From: a virus
DNA: 64,000 nucleotides
Strand: one strand, 5' to 3'
IMG/VR virus record: IMGVR_UViG_3300001765_000256
Span: 71,013-135,012 of that record
Made by a program: the position numbers and the translations under genes. This document shows, piece by piece, positions 38,028 to 48,740 of this stretch (position 1 is the first letter of the stretch; the number at the start of each line of letters is the position of its first letter). The notes beneath the pieces were generated by a model. It was not told the DNA's origin and ran no database searches. It was given only the letters and a program-made list of their open reading frames with translations.

Positions 38028-41000
38028 ATGCCAAAATTACAATTAAAACACCCTATATTGAACCCTACTGGCGATAATGAGCTTGATTTTAGTAATGATG
38101 CAAACGGTAATAAATTTAAGAAAATAGGTAAAACTATTACGCCTAAAGAGTTTATAAATCTTATATCTGGTAAATACGGACATGCACATTATAATTTAGA
38201 TAGTATTAAAGAGAAACTAAAAGACCATCCACACGATAACGAAAAGAATATCGACATAGCAGTACGTCAGATGGTTAAGGAAGGCGATACTAGCAGGTTA
38301 GCATCACTTTTAGAGCATTATCATGTTTCGCCAAAAGTCATAGATGATATCATAGATAATCCAGAAAAATACGGCAAATCTTTTATGTCGGATCATGCAT
38401 CAAAAAATAATGTTGTGCCGGATATTATTGAGGCCATAGCAGGTCAGAAAAATCTATCATCAGAGCATATCCACAAAATAGCCACTAACGAAAGTCCTTT
38501 TGTAGCGCGAGAACATTTACTACGTCATAAAAACACCACACCTGAAGCAATAAAAGATCTTGTGAGTAACCCAAACGCCAATATGACCCATGGATTAATA
38601 ACTGGCCTTGTTGATATACATAAAGAGAAGCCTGAAATAATAGGTTCAAACTCAGACACCTTGTTTCGTAAGATATTAGATAGACATAAAAACCTAAACA
38701 TAGTACATATGGATAAGGTATTAGGCGTAATGTCACCTGAAGCCAGAAATAAATTTATAGATGATAAGCTTGGTATTACTGATGGTAATCATATCGAAAA
38801 CGATCAATCTCCTGAAGATAATTGGCAGAATTGGGAGAATGGAACTGAACATAATGTACATATAGCATCATCACTTCCAAGTTCTAAGTATCTAACAGAT
38901 GCACATGCTGACCATATTAAGAGGCATGGTGATCTTGATGATAGGTTTAATTTATTTCAGAATGAAAACTTAGATTCAAAACATGCAGATGAAATGTATC
39001 AAAAATGGATAGAAGATGATACGCATCATGGATTCGACAGAGATGAATTCCAAGAGAAACTAAAAGAATACAATGAATTTAATTTTGAAGACTATATGGA
39101 TGAAGCTCGGGAGAAAGCCGAAGAGGAATATCCTATGTCGGAATTTATGAGAGATTCATATCGTAACAATGAAGAGGATTTGGTAGGTAAAGATAGAGAA
39201 GAGTGGATACAAGACCATCTTCAAGAAAATCATGACTGGACACATAAAAACCCTACAGATGAAGATCCTGACAATGAAGAGGATTATTCTCACAGTATAG
39301 ATGAGCACCCTGAATATCAAAATAGATATAGTGACGCAGAAGACCAGTATGATAAACATGTAGAACATTTAATGAGTAATCCAGAAGATCACCACTATGA
39401 TGGTTATTCTGAAAGCATTTCTGATCGAGAGTATGAGATAGCTCAAGAAATTTATGATGATAAAATGGCCAACGCACACGAAGATCCAGATTTTTTACCA
39501 AATCACCTAACTTCAATTACAGAACTAAAAAGAAGAGTGGCTGAAAGGAAACAGGAAGAGGCTTTCAAGGAAGCTGCTAAAAAAGAAAGAGAATCTAAAC
39601 CTGTAATAGATCGGTATATACCAAATAGACAGAATGTTCATTCATACGGAGAAGGTCAGCATCATTTAGAGATGGCTAAAGATTACGCAGATGCTAACGG
39701 TGGATCTATAGATATAGGTCATCTTAATAAATTACATCCTAATATGGTTGAAAAGTGGAAAGGTGTGTTTGCAGGTAAAGGTAAGCTAAAATCTGAAGAG
39801 ATTCAATCAAAGATAGATAGCCTTCCTAAAAAGAATTACAACCTAAGCTATGGCCACTGGGGTCCAGATGATATGCAAAATATCAACAAACAGCATGAGA
39901 TGGTTGTTAGATTAGACCACAGCCCAGAAACCCTAGCTGAGATACAAAAAGACCCTGAAGTTCATGACGTATTTAATAAAATTAACGAACTGGCTCAAAG
40001 ATCAGGTCACCCTACTAATTTTAATACAATAGGATGGTCAAGGGTTGATTTTACAGATCCGAAGCATCCAATGATAGACGAACTACAGTCAGATTTTAGT
40101 TCTACAGCCAGAGATTATCTAAAAAAAGAAGGCGGAGCTGCTGGAGAAGCCAAGGCTAAAGCTATCGATAAGATTATAGGTATCCATAAAAACTGGAGAG
40201 AGACATTACTCAATGCTGTTATTAAAACTGCAAAAGCTCATGGAGCCGAGAAAATATCAACACATAGTGCAGAATCTAAGTCTGCACATACAGGATCAGA
40301 TAAAGTACACTCTGTATATAAAGACTCTTATGAGAAAATTCCAAGACAGCTGGGGTTCAAAGAATCACAAATGGACACACTACCTTTATCTGAAGAGGGT
40401 AAAAAGACATTTTATAAAGGTAAATCAGGAGTAAGCACAAATGAACTTATTTCTGACCATCTTGATGGTATGGCCACACATTCTAGAATGTGGAATCAAC
40501 ATGCAGGTCTTGCATTAGAACCATCGGACGACTCATTAGTGGATACACATAAAGCTTTGGCTGATCATCACAACGAGATGTATAAGCAGCACCAATCTAG
40601 ATTGGCAACCCTGGATCCATCTCATAGCTATAGGAACTTAAAAACTCCAGGTAAGTATATGGATCATATGGGAGTAGAACCTTCTCATGAAGATAGAAAC
40701 GCCGCAATCGATAATGCATTTAATATAACTACAAATAACCATTCAAAACCTGTATACGGATTCGACTCTGCACTTAAGCAGCAGGAATTGAATGTAAAAG
40801 CTCATAGTGGACACACATTAAATCTAAGTCCAGAGTCTATGAAGAAAAGCTTAATGGTGTCTAATTTACTTATAAAATCTCAATCTAATAATGATAAGCT
40901 TGCTATCGCACAAGCCCTGCTTAGTATACAATCTAAGAAGGATCAAATAGACGCGTTACAACAAAGTAATCCAGAGGCTTATAAGAGTATAGCAGAATTA

Positions 41001-41285
41001 ACACAGACATTAGTCGAGCTATTTAAGGAAATCAATAATGAACCTATTGAAGCAGCTATGCATGAAGTAGAGGCTACTCAAGAAATGGCACCGGAACAGC
41101 AAGGGCAACCAGAAACCGAAAGCTCTGTAGCTCCTCCTAGACATGCCGACAAACTTACACATGGATCTAGAGAGTTACCTGTAGGTTCGGTAAGGGATTA
41201 TAAACCAGGAGTAGCTAGAGAAAAATTAGCCGATGGATCATGGGTATCAGTAGCTGGTGGTACTAAAAGGTTTGACGGTCAATAA
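38028..41285 (+). CDS. large multi-domain putative ejection/head protein
   Basis: 1085 aa; helical repeats, D/E-rich tract, GWSRVD..IDELQSDF motif, MKKSL/LIKSQ motifs. Confidence 0.6.
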   Translation: MPKLQLKHPILNPTGDNELDFSNDANGNKFKKIGKTITPKEFINLISGKYGHAHYNLDSIKEKLKDHPHDNEKNIDIAVRQMVKEGDTSRLASLLEHYHVSPKVIDDIIDNPEKYGKSFMSDHASKNNVVPDIIEAIAGQKNLSSEHIHKIATNESPFVAREHLLRHKNTTPEAIKDLVSNPNANMTHGLITGLVDIHKEKPEIIGSNSDTLFRKILDRHKNLNIVHMDKVLGVMSPEARNKFIDDKLGITDGNHIENDQSPEDNWQNWENGTEHNVHIASSLPSSKYLTDAHADHIKRHGDLDDRFNLFQNENLDSKHADEMYQKWIEDDTHHGFDRDEFQEKLKEYNEFNFEDYMDEAREKAEEEYPMSEFMRDSYRNNEEDLVGKDREEWIQDHLQENHDWTHKNPTDEDPDNEEDYSHSIDEHPEYQNRYSDAEDQYDKHVEHLMSNPEDHHYDGYSESISDREYEIAQEIYDDKMANAHEDPDFLPNHLTSITELKRRVAERKQEEAFKEAAKKERESKPVIDRYIPNRQNVHSYGEGQHHLEMAKDYADANGGSIDIGHLNKLHPNMVEKWKGVFAGKGKLKSEEIQSKIDSLPKKNYNLSYGHWGPDDMQNINKQHEMVVRLDHSPETLAEIQKDPEVHDVFNKINELAQRSGHPTNFNTIGWSRVDFTDPKHPMIDELQSDFSSTARDYLKKEGGAAGEAKAKAIDKIIGIHKNWRETLLNAVIKTAKAHGAEKISTHSAESKSAHTGSDKVHSVYKDSYEKIPRQLGFKESQMDTLPLSEEGKKTFYKGKSGVSTNELISDHLDGMATHSRMWNQHAGLALEPSDDSLVDTHKALADHHNEMYKQHQSRLATLDPSHSYRNLKTPGKYMDHMGVEPSHEDRNAAIDNAFNITTNNHSKPVYGFDSALKQQELNVKAHSGHTLNLSPESMKKSLMVSNLLIKSQSNNDKLAIAQALLSIQSKKDQIDALQQSNPEAYKSIAELTQTLVELFKEINNEPIEAAMHEVEATQEMAPEQQGQPETESSVAPPRHADKLTHGSRELPVGSVRDYKPGVAREKLADGSWVSVAGGTKRFDGQ

Positions 41286-42071
41286 ATGAGCGATACAAAA
41301 AAATACGACTTAGAATCGCAGCTTAAATCTCTTGGGATAGAAATAACTCAGCTTACCACTCAACTTGAGACACGTACTAAGCAAGCCATGGGCTTATTGC
41401 AGCAGCAAGTGTACGGACTTATAGTACAAAAAGCACAAGGTAAGCTTAAGTCAACAAGAGATACATATATTAAGAATTTGGGAATGATCAATGATACCGA
41501 TAACTTATGGTCAGTTTATTTAAAAAAAGAAGCAGCATGGATTGAAAAAGACAGATCACCTCATGAGATGATAGCAGACTTACTAGGTGGACCTAAAGCG
41601 AAGACGGCAAAAGATGGATCGAGATATAATATTATTCCATTTAAGCATAATAAGCCTAAGAATCAGATCTCCAGATCACAAAACCAGATACAGAATGTAG
41701 TTAGTAGAGAGTTGAAATCGAGAGGGTTAGATAAAACTATCACATTAAATGGTAGACCAGTATTAGGTAGGGCAGCTAGCTTTAATATAACAGGACCTAA
41801 AGCCCCTACTAATAAGTTTAATACACCTATACTTACTGGTGTTACCGTTTATCAGAGAGAGCATAAAACTCAATCAGGTAAAACACAGATAAAACGTGAT
41901 ATAATGACATTCAGGGTTGTTAGCGATAAACAAAAAGGATCAGGTCTTTGGTTTTCCCATGGCTCTAAAGGTGCTAACATTTTTGATGAAGTTTCTAAAG
42001 AAGTAGATGTCTTATGGGATAAGATGTTTAAAGATGTGGTAGATAACGTAAAAATTGAAGTAAAGGAGTAA
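41286..42071 (+). CDS. putative neck protein
   Basis: YNIIPFKH and MTFRVVSDK..W motifs of large-myovirus neck proteins. Confidence 0.6.
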   Translation: MSDTKKYDLESQLKSLGIEITQLTTQLETRTKQAMGLLQQQVYGLIVQKAQGKLKSTRDTYIKNLGMINDTDNLWSVYLKKEAAWIEKDRSPHEMIADLLGGPKAKTAKDGSRYNIIPFKHNKPKNQISRSQNQIQNVVSRELKSRGLDKTITLNGRPVLGRAASFNITGPKAPTNKFNTPILTGVTVYQREHKTQSGKTQIKRDIMTFRVVSDKQKGSGLWFSHGSKGANIFDEVSKEVDVLWDKMFKDVVDNVKIEVKE

Positions 42072-42075
42072 TAAC

Positions 42076-43032
42076 ATGATTAAAGCGACAGATCTTTACT
42101 TTGCACAAATTATTAAGTTGATGATTCAGGATTTAAGAAAGAATAGATTCCTTATTAATGATATATTATCTGATGTAACATCAGACCCTATCCTTAAAGA
42201 ACTATACGGACAAAAAGAAGTAGAGAAGTTTAACCTACTTGTAGATAAAGATATTCAGATAAACGTAGAGCATGCTATTGATGTATCAAAGTTTCCTGCT
42301 ATTGCCATCCGTGTTGGTGGTGGATCAGAAGAAACAGGACGTACAGGTGATGCACTAGGAGACGGATTTTACTCAGAATCTGTTAAGTCTAACACTTTAG
42401 GTGGTGTATTTAAAACTCCACGTATCATGCTTGGACCTATAACTCCAGAATCTTTCGATTATATAACTGGTAAAATGGTGTTCACAGATAATGTATCACT
42501 AGCTTCAGTTTTTGATGGAATGTTAGTATACGACGAATTAAACAAAAAAGAATACCCTATAATTACTGTTATGGACAACAGCACTTTATTTATTGAGCCA
42601 GGCTTAAGACCCAATCTTACAAATATGACTATTAGGTCTGCTACACAGACGGCAATACATACTAGACGTAATTATTTTACATCTGAGCAAGTTACACTTA
42701 TATGTGCAGCTGTAGATCCAGTAGAGGTTATATACTTGTATCAGATATTAATGTATCAAATAGGTAGACATAGAGTTCCACTACTTGAAGGTAAAAACTT
42801 CAAGAACGGTACGCTATCGTATACACCTATATACAAGCTAGCAGAAGACCCTAACTTTATATATGCAAGAGACATAACGCTCAATGGTATGGTTGAACAT
42901 AGCTATATAGAGAACACACAGCGGCCTATAGACGGGCTTGCACATGATCTTAGAATTAACAATGAGAAGACTCCTGATGCTATAGTTCCAATCGTAAGCA
43001 ATCAAGGTTGGTCGTCTGAAAATGACGAATAA
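42076..43032 (+). CDS. putative tail completion/terminator protein
   Basis: FPAIAI..G.SE..LGD motif; position before sheath. Confidence 0.5.
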   Translation: MIKATDLYFAQIIKLMIQDLRKNRFLINDILSDVTSDPILKELYGQKEVEKFNLLVDKDIQINVEHAIDVSKFPAIAIRVGGGSEETGRTGDALGDGFYSESVKSNTLGGVFKTPRIMLGPITPESFDYITGKMVFTDNVSLASVFDGMLVYDELNKKEYPIITVMDNSTLFIEPGLRPNLTNMTIRSATQTAIHTRRNYFTSEQVTLICAAVDPVEVIYLYQILMYQIGRHRVPLLEGKNFKNGTLSYTPIYKLAEDPNFIYARDITLNGMVEHSYIENTQRPIDGLAHDLRINNEKTPDAIVPIVSNQGWSSENDE

Positions 43033-43044
43033 CTATACAGATTT

Positions 43045-43069
43045 CAATATGTTACAGTAAAAACCTAAT
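43045..43069 (+). promoter_or_regulatory. putative late promoter motif, copy 4
   Basis: CAATATGTTA-CAGTA-AAAACCTAAT. Confidence 0.65.
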
Positions 43070-43101
43070 AATACTAAATTACAGGTTAAAGGGATAAAAT
43101 A

Positions 43102-43515
43102 ATGGCAAATAATCCAAGTGAATTATATAAAAAGATTGCAGGTCTTAAAGATCTGACTAGTGCTATTAAGGAAGTTAAGAAGACTTTGCCGTCAAATAAA
43201 AAACCTAAAGAAGTAGCCGTTGCTAAAAAATCAGAAGATACAGAAAAAAAGCCAGAACATGGACTAAAGTACTTATCAAGAAATAAAATGATTAACGGCG
43301 TACTCTCTCACCTTATCGGTACTGGTAATGAAGGTGATAATCATTATCAAGTAGCTGTAAACTTAGAGAAATACCATAAAAAGATGCCATCCGTTAATAT
43401 ATCGGTTATATCGCCAAAAGGTGAAGTTTTAGATAACTCACCTGAAAACTATAAGAATATGAAAGATGCTATCAAGGGTCTAGTTGGACATAACATGAAA
43501 AAGGCTTGGAAATAG
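43102..43515 (+). CDS. hypothetical basic head-region protein
   Basis: 137 aa, AKKSE and MKKA motifs. Confidence 0.6.
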   Translation: MANNPSELYKKIAGLKDLTSAIKEVKKTLPSNKKPKEVAVAKKSEDTEKKPEHGLKYLSRNKMINGVLSHLIGTGNEGDNHYQVAVNLEKYHKKMPSVNISVISPKGEVLDNSPENYKNMKDAIKGLVGHNMKKAWK

Positions 43516-45033
43516 ATGGATAAGTTAAAAAAGGGTAATGACGTATTAGCTGACGAGGTAACTTCTGAAAAAGGGGTTAGCGACGTTGGTATAGATATTA
43601 GACGTGCCGATAAACGTAATCCTGGTGTAGTTTCGCACGGATACGGAAGAGTTTCTACTCCAGACGCACATAAAGAAAAAGCAAAAAGCCACCTTAAAAG
43701 TTTAGTTCATGCGATTAAGACGCAGCCTAAACCTAATCTTACTAGATCTGAAGATCTTCAGAAGGATTACTGGAGCGATAAGATTAAAGCAGCTAACCAA
43801 CAAAAGCATGCTGAGAAGCAAGCTAAACTTGAGACTCACTTTAAAGCTAAAGGTCAAAAAGTACCAGAGCATCTATCTAACCCAAAAGAACAGGTTATAG
43901 ATTACAAACAGGTAAGATCTGAGATGCAGAAACCTAAAGCTCCTGTTGCCGCTCCGACTAATAAACCTACACCTGTACTTGAAGTAAAACCTAATCTGCC
44001 TCGTAATCAAAAGGTTTTTAATCCAGATCTTAGCGGTAAGGTCGGCTATAAGCCAACGAAACTAGCAGCATCAGAGAAGGCTAAAATTCAACCTGCATCA
44101 ATAACTGAACCTTTAACTATTAACTCCAGAGAAACAATTACTAGTCCTCATATGATTAACGGACCTGTAAAACTTAACCCATACGGTGACAATATGAAAA
44201 AAGCTAGCGAAGTGTTAAATAAGATGATCGGATGTCTTAAGAAGGTAGATCCTAAGACTAAACTTCCAGGTATTATGATAGATAAATCCGAAAAACCCAA
44301 AAAAGCTCAGGATTTTGAGGTTGGGGTTCATAAGCAAACAACTACTGACGATAAAGCTAAAGGTACATCTCAAGCTGGTTATTTAGTTAGAGAAGGTAAT
44401 AAGAATAAGGATTTTCAGTCAGTATTCGAGAGCGTAGCTAAACCTCACCATAAAATGAACCTAAAGAACCTAAAAAATATGTCTAAGCCTAACCTTACTA
44501 GATCTGAGGATGTTCAAAAGAACATGAATATCATGAATCAGGCACCTGTAGCTAAGGCCTCATCTGCACCAGCTCTAGCACCTGCACTTCCTAAGCCAGC
44601 TGCTCCAAAGATGCAGCAAACAAAGATGCCTAAATCTAAAGCTCCTGCAATTAAACAACCTCCAGCATTACAAATGAACGAACAAAAACCTTTAGATGCA
44701 AAAACTAAACTAGTTAACCACCTAAAATCACTTAAAAGCGTACCTGTAATCAAGTCGGAGGAGACCCCTGGAAAAAAGTACGTAACGGTTAGTCAGCATT
44801 GGACTAGCCGTAAACACAATAAAGAATCAGGAAAAGCAGAAAATCCAGTATGGGATGCAGGTAAAAAGAAACTTACACATACAGATGACCTAGATAAATT
44901 AAAAAGCAATGGTCATATAAGTGGCTGGGATGAACATAATGAGCCCAAGAAAATGCATGGATACGAAACTTACGAAAAACACCCAGACGGTAAGTTGACT
45001 TTTGTACATGCTAAGTACGATACGTCTGGATAG
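43516..45033 (+). CDS. K/P-rich low-complexity putative inner-head protein
   Basis: Internal repeat KPNLTRSEDxQK twice; KLAASE, IDKSE, VIKSEE. Confidence 0.6.
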   Translation: MDKLKKGNDVLADEVTSEKGVSDVGIDIRRADKRNPGVVSHGYGRVSTPDAHKEKAKSHLKSLVHAIKTQPKPNLTRSEDLQKDYWSDKIKAANQQKHAEKQAKLETHFKAKGQKVPEHLSNPKEQVIDYKQVRSEMQKPKAPVAAPTNKPTPVLEVKPNLPRNQKVFNPDLSGKVGYKPTKLAASEKAKIQPASITEPLTINSRETITSPHMINGPVKLNPYGDNMKKASEVLNKMIGCLKKVDPKTKLPGIMIDKSEKPKKAQDFEVGVHKQTTTDDKAKGTSQAGYLVREGNKNKDFQSVFESVAKPHHKMNLKNLKNMSKPNLTRSEDVQKNMNIMNQAPVAKASSAPALAPALPKPAAPKMQQTKMPKSKAPAIKQPPALQMNEQKPLDAKTKLVNHLKSLKSVPVIKSEETPGKKYVTVSQHWTSRKHNKESGKAENPVWDAGKKKLTHTDDLDKLKSNGHISGWDEHNEPKKMHGYETYEKHPDGKLTFVHAKYDTSG

Positions 45034-45042
45034 AAGGTAAAA

Positions 45043-45279
45043 ATGGCTAGAAAGAATTATACTTCCAATGAGGTTCAACAACAAGAGGAGACTGTGCAAA
45101 ACACAAAACCTTTAGTTAGCTGGAGATCGTTCGATTCTTTCTGGAATGAGTGCGTAAAGAATGGCACACCTGGAATTAAGAGCGCATGTAAGGCTCACTT
45201 TCAGACATTAGGTGTAATGGATAATCAGGCAGAGTGGGTAAAAGCTGCCGAACATTTCGGAATACCTATAGAGAAGTAG
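45043..45279 (+). CDS. hypothetical protein
   Basis: 78-aa ORF with AAGG RBS. Confidence 0.6.
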   Translation: MARKNYTSNEVQQQEETVQNTKPLVSWRSFDSFWNECVKNGTPGIKSACKAHFQTLGVMDNQAEWVKAAEHFGIPIEK

Positions 45280-45298
45280 TACTAAATTGTAATAAAAA

Positions 45299-45323
45299 CA
45301 GTATGTTATGCTGTAAACTTAAT
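45299..45323 (+). promoter_or_regulatory. putative late promoter motif, copy 5
   Basis: CAGTATGTTA-TGCTG-TAAACTTAAT upstream of sheath. Confidence 0.65.
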
Positions 45324-45364
45324 TAATGAATTATTGTATAATTGATAAGATATAGGAGATATAA

Positions 45365-48169
45365 ATGGCTCGTTCATATACTACCTCAGAAGGCATCGTC
45401 CTTGTGATTCCAGATTCTAGTGTAAGTGTTAATGTTATTAGTCAACCTGCTGGACTAGCTACTACTGGTGTAATAGCTTTAGTTGGTGAAGCTGATGAAG
45501 GCAAACATTGGTCTGAAGAGGCAAAACTGTCTGATAACAGCTTTGGCCCTGGAGACGTTGCTAGAGTCCAAGCTAAATACGGTTCTGGCCGATTACTTGA
45601 CGCTTTCAAAGGTCTAATCGGAGCTTCCCTATCTCCAAGAATTCAAGGTTCTTTTAATAGAGCAATCTTGGTTAAGTCTAACTTAAGCACAAAAGCTGCT
45701 AAAGAGACTGAAGATAGCCACGGTGTATTTTTCTCTAAACTTGCTGGTAAAAAAGGCAATAATATTAAAGAATCAATCTCTACATCTACTGCTGAAGCTG
45801 CACCTACAACTGCAAGCTTTTCTTATATTCCATCTGCTTCTGCTGCTTCTTTAGCTTTACGAGTTAACGGTGGATCTAAACAAACTCTAGCTATTTCTGC
45901 TAATACAACACCTGCCGCTTTAGCAACATCTTTAGTTGGCTTAAACAATATTAATGCAGTCGGTGGAGTAGATAAGCTTATCGTTGCTGGACTTGCAGCT
46001 ACAAATATTCAATTGGATGTAGTTTCAGGACAAAACGTTAATATAAAATTAGCTTCTCCTGCTGTATGGGCTTCTGCTCCTTCAGTTGGCGATACATTAA
46101 GAATTCCAGCTTCATCTGTAATCGAAGGTGGATCTGCTGAAAACGTTGGATGGTATTTAGTTACTGCTGTATCTAACTCAGCTTCTTTAGCTCAAATTAC
46201 AGCTACTAAGATCACAGCTGGAGCACCTGCTACAGTTGCAGCAATCGCTCTTAGTGTTGCACCAGGTAGCGATCTAGTTGATTATAGTGCACTTAAAATC
46301 GACAATATGTCTGGAATGAACAGAGATGTTCTTGCTAGCTTAGTTGCCGAAACAGCTACAGTTACTGTTGCTGGATCTTCACTAACTTTCACACTTGATG
46401 GTTCAAACGTATTTGATGCAGACTCTAAAATTGGAGATTTAGTTTATATTTCTTCTGCTTCTGCATTTAAAGGTGCTGGTAATGCTAACGTAGGTTGGTA
46501 TCAAGTAATCGCAGCAAGCAACTTTGCTTCATCTGCATTTGTTACTATGTCTAGACTTTCTAACGGAACTCCTGTTTCTGTAGCTTCTGCTGCAATTGCA
46601 GCTGCTGCCGATCTTCAAGTTCTTGCTCAGCAAATCGATGGTTCTGGTAAGTCTTTAGAGATTTACGATAATGCCGGAGCTGCTAATATCAGTACACTAA
46701 TGAAGCAATTAGGTGCTGATTCTGCCGCTGCATGGTTGGAATCACTCATTCTTTCTTCTGCTGAACTTAAGAAGAAAATTGAGATTTCTAAACCAAACCC
46801 ATTAGTAACTGAGTCTTTCACTCACGGTGGAAGCGTTTCTTTACTTTTAGGATATAAAGGTACTACTGCTACAGCCACTATTCAGACTATTTCTGGAATC
46901 AAAAAACTTCAGACTTCAGTTACTGGTGGAATCGGTGCAAATCTGGATATCGTTCTTAAAGATTCTAACTCAATGTCAGACCTAATTGATCTTCTAAATT
47001 TACAACCTGGATACTCTGCTTCTGCTGCTTCAGCTCAAGAAGCTCAAAGAAATCCAAGTGATGTACTTGATGAAGTTACAGCTATCGGTATATGTTCTGA
47101 TTTGTCTAGCAAACCTGGACGTATCAAACGTGACATATGGGATATGACTGCTGGATTTAATAATATCGCTAATAGCTCTACTTTAATCAATTATTCTGTA
47201 ATTAAAAAAGCAGGATTACCTGAAGATGAAGGACCTATGTTCTTATCTGGTGGAGATAAAGGTGGATCTACAGGTCTTGCAGTTAGCCAAGCTGTTGATG
47301 CATTAGCTAATATCCGATGTAATTTCGTAGTACCATTGTTTTCTCAAGATGCTGACCTTGATAAGGTAGATAACTCTACTGAGTCTGGATCCACCTACAC
47401 TATCGATGCAGTAAATGCTGCTGTAAGAACTCATTGTGTTAATATGTCTACAGCTAAAACTAAGAGACATAGAATCGGATTAGTATCTAAAAAAGGTACT
47501 TTTGATGAAGCACGAGCTTCTGCACAAACAATGGCTTCTTTCCGAGTAGCTCATTTATTCCAAGATGTAAAAGATCTTGATAGTAACGGTAACATTAAGC
47601 AATTCCAACCTTGGATGGCTTCTGTTAAAGCTGCTGGAATGCAAGCTGCTGGATTCTATAAGTCTATTTTCAATAAAGCAATCAATATATCTGGAGTAGT
47701 TAACTCTGCTGATTTCAATGATGAGTCTAACTCACAAGCTGAAGATGCTTTACTTGCAGGACTTATTCCAATTCAACGTCAAGAAGATGGATCATATACA
47801 TTCTTGTCAGATCAGTTGACATATGGATTGGATAATAACTTCGTATATAATAACTTACAAAGTGTATATGCAAGCGACATCTTAGCACTTTCTCTAGCCG
47901 ATTCTTTAAAGAAAGCTTTTGTTGGAGAATCAGTAGCTGACGTTACTGCTCCGGTTGCTGTTAGTTTTATACAAGGAAAAATGGCTGAATTCCAAAACTC
48001 AAAGTTAATAGTTGGAAGTAAGGATTTCCCATCTGGATATAAAAAGATAGAAGTATCTATTGACCAAGGCGTAATGGCTGTAAGGTGTGTTATAATACTT
48101 AGTACCTCCCTTTATTTTATACCTATAACATTGGATATTGAAGGGTTACGCGACTCAGCTTCTGCTTAA
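45365..48169 (+). CDS. contractile tail sheath protein
   Basis: IALVGEADEG, YGSGRLLDA, LSGGDKG, HCVNMS..R; 934 aa followed by tube. Confidence 0.9.
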   Translation: MARSYTTSEGIVLVIPDSSVSVNVISQPAGLATTGVIALVGEADEGKHWSEEAKLSDNSFGPGDVARVQAKYGSGRLLDAFKGLIGASLSPRIQGSFNRAILVKSNLSTKAAKETEDSHGVFFSKLAGKKGNNIKESISTSTAEAAPTTASFSYIPSASAASLALRVNGGSKQTLAISANTTPAALATSLVGLNNINAVGGVDKLIVAGLAATNIQLDVVSGQNVNIKLASPAVWASAPSVGDTLRIPASSVIEGGSAENVGWYLVTAVSNSASLAQITATKITAGAPATVAAIALSVAPGSDLVDYSALKIDNMSGMNRDVLASLVAETATVTVAGSSLTFTLDGSNVFDADSKIGDLVYISSASAFKGAGNANVGWYQVIAASNFASSAFVTMSRLSNGTPVSVASAAIAAAADLQVLAQQIDGSGKSLEIYDNAGAANISTLMKQLGADSAAAWLESLILSSAELKKKIEISKPNPLVTESFTHGGSVSLLLGYKGTTATATIQTISGIKKLQTSVTGGIGANLDIVLKDSNSMSDLIDLLNLQPGYSASAASAQEAQRNPSDVLDEVTAIGICSDLSSKPGRIKRDIWDMTAGFNNIANSSTLINYSVIKKAGLPEDEGPMFLSGGDKGGSTGLAVSQAVDALANIRCNFVVPLFSQDADLDKVDNSTESGSTYTIDAVNAAVRTHCVNMSTAKTKRHRIGLVSKKGTFDEARASAQTMASFRVAHLFQDVKDLDSNGNIKQFQPWMASVKAAGMQAAGFYKSIFNKAINISGVVNSADFNDESNSQAEDALLAGLIPIQRQEDGSYTFLSDQLTYGLDNNFVYNNLQSVYASDILALSLADSLKKAFVGESVADVTAPVAVSFIQGKMAEFQNSKLIVGSKDFPSGYKKIEVSIDQGVMAVRCVIILSTSLYFIPITLDIEGLRDSASA

Positions 48170-48205
48170 TTAGGGAATGAATAGATAATATTACAATTTT
48201 AATAG

Positions 48206-48227
48206 ACGTGTATTATATAATACACGT
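48206..48227. repeat. perfect 22-bp palindrome
   Basis: ACGTGTATTATATAATACACGT equals its reverse complement. Confidence 0.8.
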
Positions 48228-48246
48228 TGATATATAGGAGATTTAC

Positions 48247-48714
48247 ATGGGAACTGATGGAAAGATTTTAACAGGTGCGAGGGCACAACTTTCGGTTAAC
48301 GGAAAAATAGTTGGACTATTTACTAGCTGTAGCTATAATTTAACTTATGATGCTTCACCTGCATATATACTCGGTCGTTACTCCGCAGGCGAGATTACAT
48401 ACACAGCTCAAGATGTTATTAGTATTGATGCAACTGGATTCAGAGTGATTGACGCAGGACCTCACGCTGTAGCATCGGTTCCATATCTACAAGATTTAAT
48501 GAATCATGAAGATATTAGCTTATCCTTGATTGATCGTAAATCAGGTAAAATATTCATGACAGCTGTAGGAGTTAGACCTATGGGATTCTCTAGTTCAGTA
48601 TCTGCTAGAGGTACAGTCGAAGTAAGTGCTAGATTTATGGGTTTAAGATTAAGCGACGAATCAGGACAAGCTGACGAAGCTTCTGGAGCTTCTAGCTTAC
48701 TTTCTGGAACTTAA
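48247..48714 (+). CDS. tail tube protein
   Basis: LTGARA..VGLF..ILG..EI; 155 aa directly after sheath. Confidence 0.85.
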   Translation: MGTDGKILTGARAQLSVNGKIVGLFTSCSYNLTYDASPAYILGRYSAGEITYTAQDVISIDATGFRVIDAGPHAVASVPYLQDLMNHEDISLSLIDRKSGKIFMTAVGVRPMGFSSSVSARGTVEVSARFMGLRLSDESGQADEASGASSLLSGT

Positions 48715-48740
48715 TAGTTACTTAAAATTCAAATTTTATA

